From NCBI GenBank assembly GCA_963803705.1, contig CAWDNU010000003.1, positions 128,001-192,000 on the forward strand: a DNA stretch of 64,000 bases. The letters are read 5' to 3'. Of the stretch, positions 8,690 through 19,715 are shown one piece after another. Origin of the DNA: an uncultured Pseudobdellovibrionaceae bacterium. GTDB taxonomy: Bacteria; Bdellovibrionota; Bdellovibrionia; Bdellovibrionales; UBA1609. Numbering within the stretch: position 1 is the stretch's first letter; the number at the start of each line of letters is the position of its first letter. Under the pieces are notes generated by a model. That model was not told the DNA's origin. It did no database searches and worked only from the letters and a program-made list of their open reading frames with translations. A program made the position numbers and the translations under genes.

Positions 8690-11600
8690 ATGATTGATTC
8701 AATAATAACAAAATCGGTTCAGAACAGTGGCCTAGTATTCTTGCTCACAGGGATAATGATAGTTGGAGGCTGGTATTCTTACCAAAGTCTTCCTATTGAT
8801 GCTGTCCCTGATATAACTAACGTTCAGGTTCAAGTGAATACCACGGTAGAGGGCTTAGTTCCTGATGAGATAGAAAAGTTCATTACCTATCCCATTGAAA
8901 GTGAGATGGGTGGAATTCCAGAGATAGAGCAAATTAGATCAATAAGTCGTTTTGGTTTGTCTCAAGTGACGATAATCTTTAAAGATGGTGCAGACATTTA
9001 TCGTGCAAGACAACTGGTTTCTGAAAAACTGCAAAGTCTAAAAGGCTCTTTGCCAAATAATATTCAGCCCAACATGGGCCCCATAACCACTGGTCTTGGT
9101 GAAATATACTTCTATTCATTAGAAGCAAAAAAAGTGGCGACAGGTGAAGAGAGGATTAAGCAGCTCATGGAAATTCGAGCGCTTAACGAATGGACTATTC
9201 AACCCAGGCTTCTTTTGGTGGACGGGGTGGCTGAAATTAACAGTATTGGTGGGTTTGCAAAGCAGTTTTTTGTTCAGCCTAGAATGGATGATCTTTCAAA
9301 ATACGGAGTACATTTAGAAGAACTACTGAGTGCGATTAAAAATAATAATAGAAATACTGGTGGTGGATATATTCAGCAGACATCGGAGCAGCTTTTGATC
9401 CAAGCCAGCGGTTTAGTAAGAACAATTGAAGATATTGAAAACATTCCTCTAAAGAAACTTCCAAGCTTTAAGTCAATTTCAGTCAAAGATGTAGCCAATG
9501 TAAGACTTGATAAGCAGATTAGGACTGGTGCCGCTCTAGTTGATGGAAATGAAGTTGTTATGGGGACGGTTTTAATGCTCCTAGGTGAAAACAGTCGGAC
9601 TGTGTCTCAAAAAGTTGATGAGCGAGTGAAAGAGATTCGAAAAAGTTTACCCGAATGGGTTGAGATGAATACTCTTTATGATCGCTCAGTATTAGTTAAC
9701 TCGACACTGTCGACTGTCCAACACAATATTTTTTTTGGTGCAATTCTGGTGGCGTTTTTTTTATTGATTCTTATTGGAGATGTCAGAGTCACAATCATCA
9801 CTGTAATAACAATTCCTTTGTCTCTTTTGGCTACTTTTATATGGATGAAAGTATTTAATGTTTCAGGTAATCTAATGAGTCTTGGTGCTCTTGATTTTGG
9901 AATTATAATAGATGGTGCCGTTATCGTTATGGACAATTGTGTTCGGGTGGTTAGTCAAAGAGCAAAAAAAGCTGAAAGAAAGCTTTCGAGAGAGGAAGTA
10001 AAAGATGCGGTTATCTATGCAGCTAAAGAAATTAGGTCTGCTGCCGGATTTGGACAATTAATAATTGTTGTCGTGTTTTTACCGCTTTTTGCATTGACAG
10101 GAGTTGAAGCCAAAATGTTTACGCCTATGGCGGCAACCTTTTGCTTTGCTTTAGGCTCGGCATTTGTTTTATCTTTTTCTACTATTCCCGCAATAGCTGC
10201 TGTAACTCTGTCTGGTAATTTATCTTCCGATGATCCTTACTTTATGCGAATGTTAAGTAAAATTTATACTCCAATCATAAAAACTAGTTTGAGATTTAAA
10301 AAGTCAATAGTGTGTTTTGGGGTCATAAGCATTTTAGTTGGAGTCTTTACATTTTCAAGACTGGGTGCGGATTTTCTACCACAACTTGATGAGGGCTCAA
10401 TTGCGATACAATTTGTTAGACCAACGAACATATCGATTGATCAATCAGTTGAAATGCAAAAGATTTCAGAGAAGCTTATTTTAGAATTTAAAGAAGTTGA
10501 TAAAGTTATTTCTCGAATTGGAGTTTCTGAGATTGCAACTGATCCAATGGGTGTAAACATTTCAGATACATACTTACTGTTAAAGTCCAAAGATAAGTGG
10601 CCAGAGATTTCTGGCGGGAAAAGAGACAAGCTAAAGCTAGTGGAAGATATTAAAGATAAGCTAGAAAGCTCCCTTCCTGGTCAATCACTTATATTTTCTC
10701 AACCCGTTCAGCTACGGTTTAATGAGCTTTTAGAAGGGGTTCGCGCAGACGTTTCGTTTAAAGTTTTTGGGGAAGATATGGCGGTCATTAGTGAGATCGC
10801 CAAAGATGCGGCTAAAATAATAGCGGGAGTTGAAGGCGCCGGTGATTCCGAAGAAGAAGTGAAAGGAAAATCCCCTGTGCTTCGTATTACACCTGATAAT
10901 GCAAAACTAAGCAGTCTTGGGATTGCTAAGGAAAACATACTTGCAACAGTTGAAACAGCCATTGGTGGAACGGAAGCTGGATTTTTATATGAAGGAGTCA
11001 TGCGATTCCCGATTATAGTAAGATTAAGTGAAGCTGATAGATCGAATATTGATTCAATTAAAGAAGTACCAGTAGGGGTTTCGCAAAATCTAACTGTTCC
11101 AATGAAAGAGGTTGCTGATGTGGAAATTGCTGACACCTTTAGTGATATCAGGAGAGAATCTGCAAAAAAACGGGCCGCTGTTTTGGTAAACGTCCGAGGA
11201 AGAGATACCCAGAGTTTTGTTGAGGAAGCAAAAGCAACTGTCGAGAGAGAGTTAAAAATTCCTTCTGGATATTATGTTGAATGGGGCGGGAGTTTTAAAA
11301 ACTTAGAACAGGCTAAAAAAAGACTATCAGTCCTAGTTCCTTTAGCACTTATATTGGTTCTAATGATGATCTATATGGCCTTTGAAAGTATTTTGCAAAC
11401 CATTATGGTAGCAAGTTGTATACCTATGGCTTTGGTTGGCGGAGTGTTGGGTCTTACGATGAATGGTTTGGAATTTAGTATTTCAGCAGCAGTTGGTTTT
11501 ATTGCTCTCTCTGGAATTGCAGTCCTTAATGGTGTGGTCTTAGTCAGTTATTTTAACCAATTAAAGTTAGAGGGAGAGTCTGGGGATGGACTAATTATGA

Positions 11601-11833
11601 AAGGAACGTCGCTTAGACTTCGTCCAGTGATGATGACTGCCCTTACAGACATATTTGGGTTTATTCCGATGATGTTAGCCACCGGTGCTGGTGCTGAAGT
11701 GCAAAGACCACTGGCCTCTGTTGTTGTTGGTGGCATCATTTCGGCCACGATACTGACACTCGTTGTTCTGCCTGTTGTTTATCGCTTACTAGAAGATAAA
11801 ATGATTATAAAGCCCACTGGACTCACACATTAG
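8690..11833 (+). CDS. czcA: CzcA-family heavy-metal RND efflux pump
   Basis: LPIDAVPDITNVQVQV, MSLGALDFGIIIDGAV, RLRPVMMTA, GAEVQRPLA. Confidence 0.93.
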   Translation: MIDSIITKSVQNSGLVFLLTGIMIVGGWYSYQSLPIDAVPDITNVQVQVNTTVEGLVPDEIEKFITYPIESEMGGIPEIEQIRSISRFGLSQVTIIFKDGADIYRARQLVSEKLQSLKGSLPNNIQPNMGPITTGLGEIYFYSLEAKKVATGEERIKQLMEIRALNEWTIQPRLLLVDGVAEINSIGGFAKQFFVQPRMDDLSKYGVHLEELLSAIKNNNRNTGGGYIQQTSEQLLIQASGLVRTIEDIENIPLKKLPSFKSISVKDVANVRLDKQIRTGAALVDGNEVVMGTVLMLLGENSRTVSQKVDERVKEIRKSLPEWVEMNTLYDRSVLVNSTLSTVQHNIFFGAILVAFFLLILIGDVRVTIITVITIPLSLLATFIWMKVFNVSGNLMSLGALDFGIIIDGAVIVMDNCVRVVSQRAKKAERKLSREEVKDAVIYAAKEIRSAAGFGQLIIVVVFLPLFALTGVEAKMFTPMAATFCFALGSAFVLSFSTIPAIAAVTLSGNLSSDDPYFMRMLSKIYTPIIKTSLRFKKSIVCFGVISILVGVFTFSRLGADFLPQLDEGSIAIQFVRPTNISIDQSVEMQKISEKLILEFKEVDKVISRIGVSEIATDPMGVNISDTYLLLKSKDKWPEISGGKRDKLKLVEDIKDKLESSLPGQSLIFSQPVQLRFNELLEGVRADVSFKVFGEDMAVISEIAKDAAKIIAGVEGAGDSEEEVKGKSPVLRITPDNAKLSSLGIAKENILATVETAIGGTEAGFLYEGVMRFPIIVRLSEADRSNIDSIKEVPVGVSQNLTVPMKEVADVEIADTFSDIRRESAKKRAAVLVNVRGRDTQSFVEEAKATVERELKIPSGYYVEWGGSFKNLEQAKKRLSVLVPLALILVLMMIYMAFESILQTIMVASCIPMALVGGVLGLTMNGLEFSISAAVGFIALSGIAVLNGVVLVSYFNQLKLEGESGDGLIMKGTSLRLRPVMMTALTDIFGFIPMMLATGAGAEVQRPLASVVVGGIISATILTLVVLPVVYRLLEDKMIIKPTGLTH

Positions 11834-11843
11834 GATATAAAAT

Positions 11844-12737
11844 ATGGCTCATGACCATACTAAGCTGACAAATAAAAAAGCTCTTTTTTGGGCGATAGTA
11901 ATAAATATAATTTTAACGATAGTCCAAGTGATTGGTGGAATTTTATCTGGTAGTCTTTCCCTACTGGCAGATGCACTTCATAATTTTAGTGATGCTGGGG
12001 CGTTAATAATTGCTTACCTAGCAGAAAAGGTTTCTGGGTGGTCACCAAATGAAGAGATGACCTTTGGATATGGAAGAGCACAAATCTTAGGAGCACTACT
12101 CAACAGCGTCACTTTGGTGATTGTTGGCTTTTATCTAATCTATGAAGCTTGGATGAGATACTTTAGCCCATCAAAAACTATTGATGGTTGGATGGTTATA
12201 TGGGTGGCTGTAGTCGCACTAGTGATAGATGCGTTCACAGCTTGGCTTACTTTTTCGGGGTCAAAAGAAAGCATCAACATGAAGGCCGCTTTTATCCATA
12301 ACATGTCTGATGCTTTGGCTTCTGTAGTGGTTATTATCTCTGGAGTGCTTATTCTTAATTATCAAGCTTTTTGGGTCGATTTAGTGGCTACTGTAATAAT
12401 CTCTCTGTACGTTTTGTACCAATCTGTGGGACTAATTAAAAGTAGCGTAAAAACTTTAATGCAAGCTGTCCCTGAAGATTTAAGCCAATCTAGGATTGTA
12501 GAGAAAATAAAAAATATTGAGGGTGTAGAAGATGTCCACCATGTACACCTATGGGCTATTTATGAAAAGTTTCGTTCACTTGAAGCTCATATCGTTGTGA
12601 GCGTCAAAGACTTAGAGTCTGTGGAAGTTATAAAAAAGGATATTAAACAAATCTTAAAAAAGTCTTTCGAAGTAAGCCACTCCACATTGGAGTTTGAAAG
12701 TATGGATTCAAATTGTAATGAAAATAAAAAATTTTAA
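11844..12737 (+). CDS. czcD: Cation diffusion facilitator (CzcD/ZitB)
   Basis: SLSLLADALHNFSD, TFGYGR, HNMSD, HHVHLW, HSTLEFE. Confidence 0.92.
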   Translation: MAHDHTKLTNKKALFWAIVINIILTIVQVIGGILSGSLSLLADALHNFSDAGALIIAYLAEKVSGWSPNEEMTFGYGRAQILGALLNSVTLVIVGFYLIYEAWMRYFSPSKTIDGWMVIWVAVVALVIDAFTAWLTFSGSKESINMKAAFIHNMSDALASVVVIISGVLILNYQAFWVDLVATVIISLYVLYQSVGLIKSSVKTLMQAVPEDLSQSRIVEKIKNIEGVEDVHHVHLWAIYEKFRSLEAHIVVSVKDLESVEVIKKDIKQILKKSFEVSHSTLEFESMDSNCNENKKF

Positions 12738-12826
12738 ATCTCTCGATGTAAGTGATGTGAACAAGGGACCTGGTCATTGGCCTAAATTTTAAAATAAAAA
12801 TTTTTATGTAAAAGATGGAGTAAAAG

Positions 12827-14773
12827 ATGGCGATTAAAATTAAGTCTGATCATGACCATAGTCAAGAAAATGAGAAGGATGGTTTTGTCTTGGGCAGTAG
12901 CTCAGACTATAAAATGAAGTTTTTAAAAAACCTATGGCCTTCTTTAACAAGTTTTACCTTTTTAGTTTTAGGGCTTTTAGCAGATCATATTTTTAAATTA
13001 GAATTTTTTAAAGGAAACATAAGATTTGTTTGGTATCTTTTGGCCTATTTACCAGTGGCTGTACCAGTCATCAAAGAGGCTTACCTAGGACTTTTATCAA
13101 GATCTTTTTTTACAGAGTTCACACTAATGTTTCTTGCTACCCTTGGTGCCTTCGCTTTAGGTGAGTATCCAGAAGCGGTAGCTGTTATGTTGTTTTATGC
13201 GATTGGCGAACAATTTCAACTGGGCGCCATCAACAGGGCAAAAAGTAATATCAAAGCCTTATTGGATGTGCGCCCTTCATCTGCCAGTGTTCTTAAAGAC
13301 AATGCATATATTGAAATGAAACCCGAGCTTGTTAACATTGGTGATACTGTTCAAGTTAAAAACGGTGAAAGCGTTCCTTTAGATGGAATTCTTTTAAATG
13401 AAACAGGAAGCTTTAATACCATAGCTTTAACTGGTGAAAGTGCGCCGCGAAGTAGCTTAAAGGGTGAGGCGGTTTTTGCAGGAATGATAAACTTAGGTAA
13501 AGTCATTGAAATTAAAGTTACAAAAATATTTAGTGATAGTTCTATTTCTAGAATTCTTGAATTGGTTCAAAACGCAACAGCTAAAAAAGCAAAAACCGAA
13601 CTGTTGATTCGAAGGCTTGCTAAAATATATACCCCAATTGTTTTTTTTGCTGCTATTTCATTAGTAATTTTTCCTTGGCTTTTTGACAATAACTTTGATT
13701 TTAATATTTGGCTTTATCGAGCCTTAGTCTTTTTGGTCATAAGTTGTCCGTGTGCTTTAGTTATATCCATTCCATTAGGATACTTTGGAGGAATTGGGGC
13801 TGCATCAAGGCATGGAATTTTATTTAAAGGTTCAAACTATTTAGATACCATGACAAAAGTGAATATGATCGTTATGGATAAAACAGGAACATTAACTGCG
13901 GGTGTGTTTAAAGTACAAAAAATTGAATCTGTTCATTTTAAGGAAGAACAATTTGTTGAAATTGTTTCAGCTCTTGAAAGTAAATCAACACACCCCATAG
14001 CAATCGCTATCACCCAGCATATTAAAGGAACTAATAGTTTTAGTGCCAACAATGTCGAGGAGATTTCAGGTCATGGACTTAAAGGCCAAGTGAACGAGTA
14101 TGCAGTCCTAGCTGGGAATACTAAACTTTTAAAGAAATTTAGTATTTCATATCCCAAAGAGGTGGATAAAATTATTGAAAGCATTGTGGTTGTGGCTATT
14201 GACGGCGCCTACGCAGGCTATATATCTGTGGCCGATCAAATAAAACCAGATGCGCAACAGGCTGTTAAAAAAATGCATGATCTTGGTCTTAAAACTATGA
14301 TGCTCAGTGGGGATAAAAAATCTATCACTGAAAAAGTAGCACAACAGGTGGGTGTCGACTTTGCTTTTGGCGATCTTTTGCCCGAAGATAAAGTTCGCGA
14401 GCTTGAAAAATTAAAAAAAGATAAATCGAATATTATTGTTTTTGTGGGTGATGGTATTAATGATGCCCCCGTTTTGGCTTTAAGTGATGTGGGTATAGCT
14501 ATGGGTGGTTTAGGAAGTGATGCTGCGATTGAAACAGCCAATGTTATTATTCAGAATGATCAGCCTTCTAAAATTATTACAGCTATACATATTGCAAAAG
14601 TCACTCGCCGGATTGTTTTGCAAAATATCACCTTAGCTTTCACAGTTAAAATCGTAGTTCTTATTTTAGGAGCCGGAGGGCTCGCTACAATGTGGGAAGC
14701 GGTTTTCGCAGATGTGGGAGTAGCTTTTCTTGCTATTTTAAATGCGATTAGAATTCAGAAAATGAAATTTTAA
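12827..14773 (+). CDS. cadA: Zn/Cd/Pb-translocating P1B-type ATPase
   Basis: [26 protein letters not shown] Lys and ADVG signature. Confidence 0.9.
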   Translation: MAIKIKSDHDHSQENEKDGFVLGSSSDYKMKFLKNLWPSLTSFTFLVLGLLADHIFKLEFFKGNIRFVWYLLAYLPVAVPVIKEAYLGLLSRSFFTEFTLMFLATLGAFALGEYPEAVAVMLFYAIGEQFQLGAINRAKSNIKALLDVRPSSASVLKDNAYIEMKPELVNIGDTVQVKNGESVPLDGILLNETGSFNTIALTGESAPRSSLKGEAVFAGMINLGKVIEIKVTKIFSDSSISRILELVQNATAKKAKTELLIRRLAKIYTPIVFFAAISLVIFPWLFDNNFDFNIWLYRALVFLVISCPCALVISIPLGYFGGIGAASRHGILFKGSNYLDTMTKVNMIVMDKTGTLTAGVFKVQKIESVHFKEEQFVEIVSALESKSTHPIAIAITQHIKGTNSFSANNVEEISGHGLKGQVNEYAVLAGNTKLLKKFSISYPKEVDKIIESIVVVAIDGAYAGYISVADQIKPDAQQAVKKMHDLGLKTMMLSGDKKSITEKVAQQVGVDFAFGDLLPEDKVRELEKLKKDKSNIIVFVGDGINDAPVLALSDVGIAMGGLGSDAAIETANVIIQNDQPSKIITAIHIAKVTRRIVLQNITLAFTVKIVVLILGAGGLATMWEAVFADVGVAFLAILNAIRIQKMKF

Positions 14774-14798
14774 TTGAGTGTTTTAACTTAATATCAAG

Positions 14799-14834
14799 CA
14801 GCATATTCAAGAACTTGAATATGCTGATCTTTTT
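14799..14834 (+). terminator. Rho-independent terminator after cadA
   Basis: CAGCATATTCAAG-aa-CTTGAATATGCTG followed by ATCTTTTT. Confidence 0.7.
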
Positions 14835-14848
14835 CTTATAGGATTATT

Positions 14849-15010
14849 TTAATTTTTTGAAACAACATCATTTCTCCAAATCTCAAACTTTGAAACATCT
14901 GTGTATATTCCTGATAAGCCTTTAGTTTCGCAACCAAAGCCCCAACTTACGATTCCAGTTAAGACGCTTTTTCCAGTAAATCTATTTGTATAAAAAATGG
15001 GACCTCCACT
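14849..15010 (-). pseudogene. C-terminal remnant of a trypsin-like (S1) serine protease
   Basis: SGGP...LTGIVSWGFGC...GIYTDVS; the expected GD before SGGP and everything N-terminal to it is missing. Confidence 0.8.
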
Positions 15011-15185
15011 GGGCTCAACTAAGTGGAAAAGTCTCACTTAAGCAGTCTTCTAAAGTTGTCTTTTAACGTATCAACTAAACATCTGACCCATTCTTCAGTT
15101 TATCCGAACAAAAAAATGAAATTAGTTAATTTCATTCAACTTGGACTTACTAAATAAGTTGATAATTTAAGCAAAGTTAAACTTG

Positions 15186-15207
15186 ATAATTAAAAATTTT
15201 TAATTAT
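15186..15207. promoter_or_regulatory. Perfect 22-bp palindrome upstream of the sigma54 activator gene
   Basis: ATAATTAAAAATTTTTAATTAT equals its own reverse complement. Confidence 0.45.
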
Positions 15208-15300
15208 TTTATTCAATTTTGAAAATTTTTCTATTGATTATGTTTAATGTAGTGCTATACCTTTCATCAGCTACGGCTATAATGCGATACAGTTAGGGGT

Positions 15301-16827
15301 TTGAGGGGATTAGTGCAAGATTTCGATTCAAGACTAAAAATTTTAATTGTAGATGATGAAGTTCATGCGCAACTGGCCAATGAGCGAGTTGTTACAAAAC
15401 TTTGTGCTGAAATAAGCTCCATAGATCCCATTATTAAGATTGCCTCAAGTCTTCCTGAACTAAAATCAGCTTTATCTAATGATGAATATCATCTTGTTCT
15501 TTTAGATAAAGATCTTGGTCCAGACGAAACCAGTAAACCTATCGATGGCATTGACCTTATCCCAATGATCTTAGAGGTCCAGCCTCACGCTAGGGTTATC
15601 TTAATAACAGGCTTCAGAGACTCTAAGCTTGCGGTAAAAGCTATAGAGAATGGGGCCACTGACTTTATAACTAAGGCCGAAACAGAAGAAGAAAGAAAGT
15701 ACAGAGACTCAAGAATCCTTAAAGCAATAAAAGAAGCCAGACTTGAATTAGAAACCTTAAGGAAGAAGTACATCGGCCAAGAATATGTCAGCGGATATGT
15801 TTGTAAATCAGATGCGATGAAGCTCTTGGATATTAATCTTCATCAATTGGCAGAGGTTCCAACTCCTGTGCTCATACTGGGTGAGTCAGGGCTAGGTAAA
15901 ACCCACACGGCTAAAAGACTTCATGAGCTTACAAAGAAATTTAAAAAAGATCCAAAAAGAACTTTTGCTAATATTAACATTAACTCACTTTCAGACAATT
16001 TGCTTTTATCAGAACTTTTTGGTCATGAAAAAGGGGCTTTTACGGGAGCTAATGAAACTAAAAAGGGTCTTTTTGAAATCTGTAGAGATGGAGATCTTTT
16101 TTTAGATGAGATAGGAGATGCAAGTCCAGCAGTTCAAGGGGCACTTCTTAAAGTGATATGTGAAAAAGAATTTTGTCGTGTTGGTAGCAGTATCCCAATC
16201 AAAACCAAGGCGAGGCTTATTTTTGCAACCAACAAAGATCTTGAAGTGATGATGAAGGCTGGCCAATTTAGATCTGAACTTTATGGGCGTATGTGTTCCG
16301 CTAAAATTCAGATGCCAAAACTAATAGACCGCAAGAAAGATATTCCATATATCTGTCAAAATTTAACAGACCTTTTAAAAGAAGAAAGTGGTAAAAACAT
16401 TTCTTTCACAGATTTTCCAGCAACTTTAAAAAATCATTTTCAACGTGATTACATTCCCTTTAATATTAGAGGTATTAAAAGTGATTTAGAACGTATCATG
16501 ATTTATAGCCCTATTAAGTTTGACGGAGATTTTGACTATAGAGGTTGGCGAAAAATTTTATCAAGCGAATCTAATCAAGCGAACCACAATAGTCAGTCTT
16601 ATAATATTGATAATATCATGGAGCTTTTAGTTGAGCGAATGGGAAGCGCTGATTGGCCCGGTCTTCATGGAATAAAAGATAAGCTAGAAGAGAAAATCTT
16701 ACTTAGAGTTCAAGAAAAATTTTCGACCAACAAAACCAGAGCGAAGGTACTGGGCGTCTCAGAATCTTTGGCATGTATGAAGATGAAAAAATATAATACT
16801 AAATATAAAGCGGATGGTACGCTATGA
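15301..16827 (+). CDS. NtrC-family sigma54-dependent response regulator (REC + AAA+ + probable HTH)
   Basis: ILIVDDE, LVLLD, GATDFITK, Walker A GESGLGKT, ELFGHEKGAFTGA, LFLDEIGD, ATNKDL. Confidence 0.92.
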   Translation: MRGLVQDFDSRLKILIVDDEVHAQLANERVVTKLCAEISSIDPIIKIASSLPELKSALSNDEYHLVLLDKDLGPDETSKPIDGIDLIPMILEVQPHARVILITGFRDSKLAVKAIENGATDFITKAETEEERKYRDSRILKAIKEARLELETLRKKYIGQEYVSGYVCKSDAMKLLDINLHQLAEVPTPVLILGESGLGKTHTAKRLHELTKKFKKDPKRTFANININSLSDNLLLSELFGHEKGAFTGANETKKGLFEICRDGDLFLDEIGDASPAVQGALLKVICEKEFCRVGSSIPIKTKARLIFATNKDLEVMMKAGQFRSELYGRMCSAKIQMPKLIDRKKDIPYICQNLTDLLKEESGKNISFTDFPATLKNHFQRDYIPFNIRGIKSDLERIMIYSPIKFDGDFDYRGWRKILSSESNQANHNSQSYNIDNIMELLVERMGSADWPGLHGIKDKLEEKILLRVQEKFSTNKTRAKVLGVSESLACMKMKKYNTKYKADGTL

Positions 16828-19709
16828 GATTCGTAAAAGTTATTTTATCCATTTTGATTCTAAGTAATTTTATATTTGGATGCTCGGCTAAAAAAGATCA
16901 ACCCAGACCCAATATCGAAAAACAAAAAGCAGAAGCAAGTCTTGATCTTTTTGAAGCCATTTTAAAGAGCGATGTTTTAGCTGTTAAAAAAGCGATAGGC
17001 GAAGGCGCTGACGTAAATATGTACGACTTTGAGGGTTACACTCCAATCATTAAAGCTTTGCAGATGGGTAACCCGATTATTGTAAGAGATCTATTAGACA
17101 GTGGTGCTAAAATCTTTAAACCAAAAGCTAATGATATAAATGTTGATATTTTTTTAAGTTATGATGAAAACTCTGATAACGAAGTGGCTTTGCTTATAAA
17201 TAATGAAGTGAAACGAATTGGTCTTGAGTCCGAGAAAATAATTCATTTAAAAGAATTTGATAGGTCACTAAACTACTTTCAAGACAACTTTATTCCACCA
17301 ACGATTTTAATGCCTGGTCGATTAGAGTCAGCAGTTCTAATGGCTTCAAAATACACAGATATCAACACCGATCTTACTTTTTTAAAGTATTTGATTTTTC
17401 ATCCAAAAAACACTGGGTCTGAACTTGAAAACATATCTGAAGAATTATTAAGAATTACCTCTGAAGTTAAGTCTATAGAATTTTTAGGAAGCTTGGTTAC
17501 TGAATACAAATTAAAAGAGGCTGATCATAGGTTTTCAACTATCAATGAATTAGACTACGAGGTCGTTTGGTTTAAAGAAAAGCTTGAGCTTTTAAGGTTA
17601 GAAAATATTTATGTGGTTAAATCAGAAGTTGAAGCTCCATTTAAAAGCTCAAAATTTGAATTAAGATCTGATTTAGAATCAAAATCAGTTTATGAAGATT
17701 TATTAGCTGAAGTTTTAATGACTAGAATTGTAAATGTATCACATTATGACAGAAACAGTTTGGTTCAAATCGCGATTGTCGATCTTTCATATAGATCTTA
17801 TACAGACATCAACTTTTTAACTTGGGTAACAGGGGCAATTGATGTCTGGAAAAGGCATAGACCAGCCCTTCCATCGACTGGATATCAATTCGATAAAAAT
17901 GCGATCATAATTTTACAAGCCTTAGAGTTAAATACGAATTACGATTTAGACACAGTTAAGGCTACGTTTGATAGTTTGGCTTTGTTTGCAGATGTTCAAG
18001 AAAATAAATCTGAAGAAAGCTTTAAACTAATTTTAGGGTCAGATAATTTTCAGGATCATCATAAAAAAGAGCTTTTAAAATTAATTTTAGAAAAGACACA
18101 TGTATTGCCACAAAACATAATGGCGATAGCTATTGAAAATGGAGGGTATAGAACTTTAAGAGTGCTTTTAGATTCAGGCTTTAATATAGATCCTGAAAAT
18201 CAAAAAAGCTCGGTTCTAGCGGCTGTCATAAATTCCACTTCAGCCGGTGACGCCGTTACAATTCTAAATTTACTTAAAGATTATGGCGTTGATTTTAATT
18301 CAGACTTTGGGGCTGATGCAATGCTTGTGGCTTTTAATAAGGCTTGGAATGGCAATCAAATAGATTACTTAAATGTGACATCCTTTTTAATGAATACGTC
18401 GCCCTCTATTTTTGAAAATATTAAAAGTGAAAGAGTGCAAAACTTAGTGAAAGAAATTTTAAATGCTGTAAGAGATAGAAAGCAAGACTGGTCTATTTTA
18501 AAAACTATTTTTAACAATATCCCTGAAGCAGTAGTTTACGAAAGAGAATTGATTATAAATGAATCGACTCTAAAAGTTAAAATGAGTCTGCTGTGGGATT
18601 TGATTTTAACAATGTATCATGTTTATGACTTTAATTATGAAGAGCTTGTCCCAATAATCAATCTTCTAGATTCAGTCTTATCGAAGTTTAATTTAGAAAC
18701 AAACGCCATGGCTGTATTGGTTGATGGAAATCAGCTTGATTCTATAAAAAATTTGATCCATGGAATGTTACCAGTAAGCCTATTGTTGTCCGCAGGTAAA
18801 GATGAAATTGAAAAAGCACTTCTTAAAATTGACGATAGACCTTTAACCTTAAATGAACCAAATCAAAGAATATCGTTTCAGGTATTTATGGATAGTGATT
18901 TTTTTAAAAAATATTCTGAGGAAAGAGATTATTGGAAGGAAGTTTCTAAGGTTTTGATTAAAAATTCAAGTTCACAGCTTGAGCTGTCCAACGATTGGTC
19001 TTCACTTAATTTTTATAAGATTTTAGTTGAATCAGGACTTTTAAGAAGTTTTCAAGGTTTAGCAAATATCATTGATATTAGAAATATTGAATTGATTGAC
19101 AGTGAGATATCTTGCTCATTTCTACAACACGATAACAGCAATCCAAATAATTTTGGAATTGGATTTGATAATGCTTCAAGAAGTGACTTCCATTTGACTT
19201 CTGAACAATGGACTACCTTAGGTAGTTTTGAAGCCTTGATTACATACAAAGATAGAGCTTGTTCTGGCGATGAGATTACTGAGACTGAAATAAGCTTTAT
19301 TTCGGAATATATTAATGCAAATTACACAAATCAAATAAATCGAACTTCCCTGAATTCTTTTTCTGGAAATTTAAAAGACTGTTCATCGCTATATTTAGAT
19401 CAATCTAATTCATTGCAAAGAGTTTATTATACAGAGTTAGGTGTCTTAACAGACAACGAAGATCAAGATGGTGTGACCTCAACTTTTAGAAATATCAGAT
19501 TCGGAGGTTTTGATCAGAAGTGCATGGTCTATCCTCATAGTCCTAGGCTTCATCTAGAAGCTAAAAAAGAGTTTCTAGAGTCTTGGTTTTACTGCGCTAA
19601 AAATTTAAATCAGACAAGATCTGTAAATTTATTTGAGCGACTTAAAGGCAACTTTGACCTTGAACCCATTGAACATGAACGTTCTGATATAAAAATCTGT
19701 AGGATGTAG
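16824..19709 (+). CDS. Large ankyrin-repeat lipoprotein
   Basis: Lipobox IFGC; ankyrin repeats GADVNMYDFEGYTPIIKA...LLDSGA and a second degenerate cluster (LLDSGFNID, LKDYGVDFN). Confidence 0.7.
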   Translation: MRFVKVILSILILSNFIFGCSAKKDQPRPNIEKQKAEASLDLFEAILKSDVLAVKKAIGEGADVNMYDFEGYTPIIKALQMGNPIIVRDLLDSGAKIFKPKANDINVDIFLSYDENSDNEVALLINNEVKRIGLESEKIIHLKEFDRSLNYFQDNFIPPTILMPGRLESAVLMASKYTDINTDLTFLKYLIFHPKNTGSELENISEELLRITSEVKSIEFLGSLVTEYKLKEADHRFSTINELDYEVVWFKEKLELLRLENIYVVKSEVEAPFKSSKFELRSDLESKSVYEDLLAEVLMTRIVNVSHYDRNSLVQIAIVDLSYRSYTDINFLTWVTGAIDVWKRHRPALPSTGYQFDKNAIIILQALELNTNYDLDTVKATFDSLALFADVQENKSEESFKLILGSDNFQDHHKKELLKLILEKTHVLPQNIMAIAIENGGYRTLRVLLDSGFNIDPENQKSSVLAAVINSTSAGDAVTILNLLKDYGVDFNSDFGADAMLVAFNKAWNGNQIDYLNVTSFLMNTSPSIFENIKSERVQNLVKEILNAVRDRKQDWSILKTIFNNIPEAVVYERELIINESTLKVKMSLLWDLILTMYHVYDFNYEELVPIINLLDSVLSKFNLETNAMAVLVDGNQLDSIKNLIHGMLPVSLLLSAGKDEIEKALLKIDDRPLTLNEPNQRISFQVFMDSDFFKKYSEERDYWKEVSKVLIKNSSSQLELSNDWSSLNFYKILVESGLLRSFQGLANIIDIRNIELIDSEISCSFLQHDNSNPNNFGIGFDNASRSDFHLTSEQWTTLGSFEALITYKDRACSGDEITETEISFISEYINANYTNQINRTSLNSFSGNLKDCSSLYLDQSNSLQRVYYTELGVLTDNEDQDGVTSTFRNIRFGGFDQKCMVYPHSPRLHLEAKKEFLESWFYCAKNLNQTRSVNLFERLKGNFDLEPIEHERSDIKICRM

Positions 19710-19715
19710 CTTTTA

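Noticed and set aside
7375..14541. Numerous 60-140 aa antisense ORFs within czc and cadA genes (likewise within cusA, copA, cysS and the protease)
   Set aside because: Shadow ORFs opposite well-supported genes, with no independent signals.
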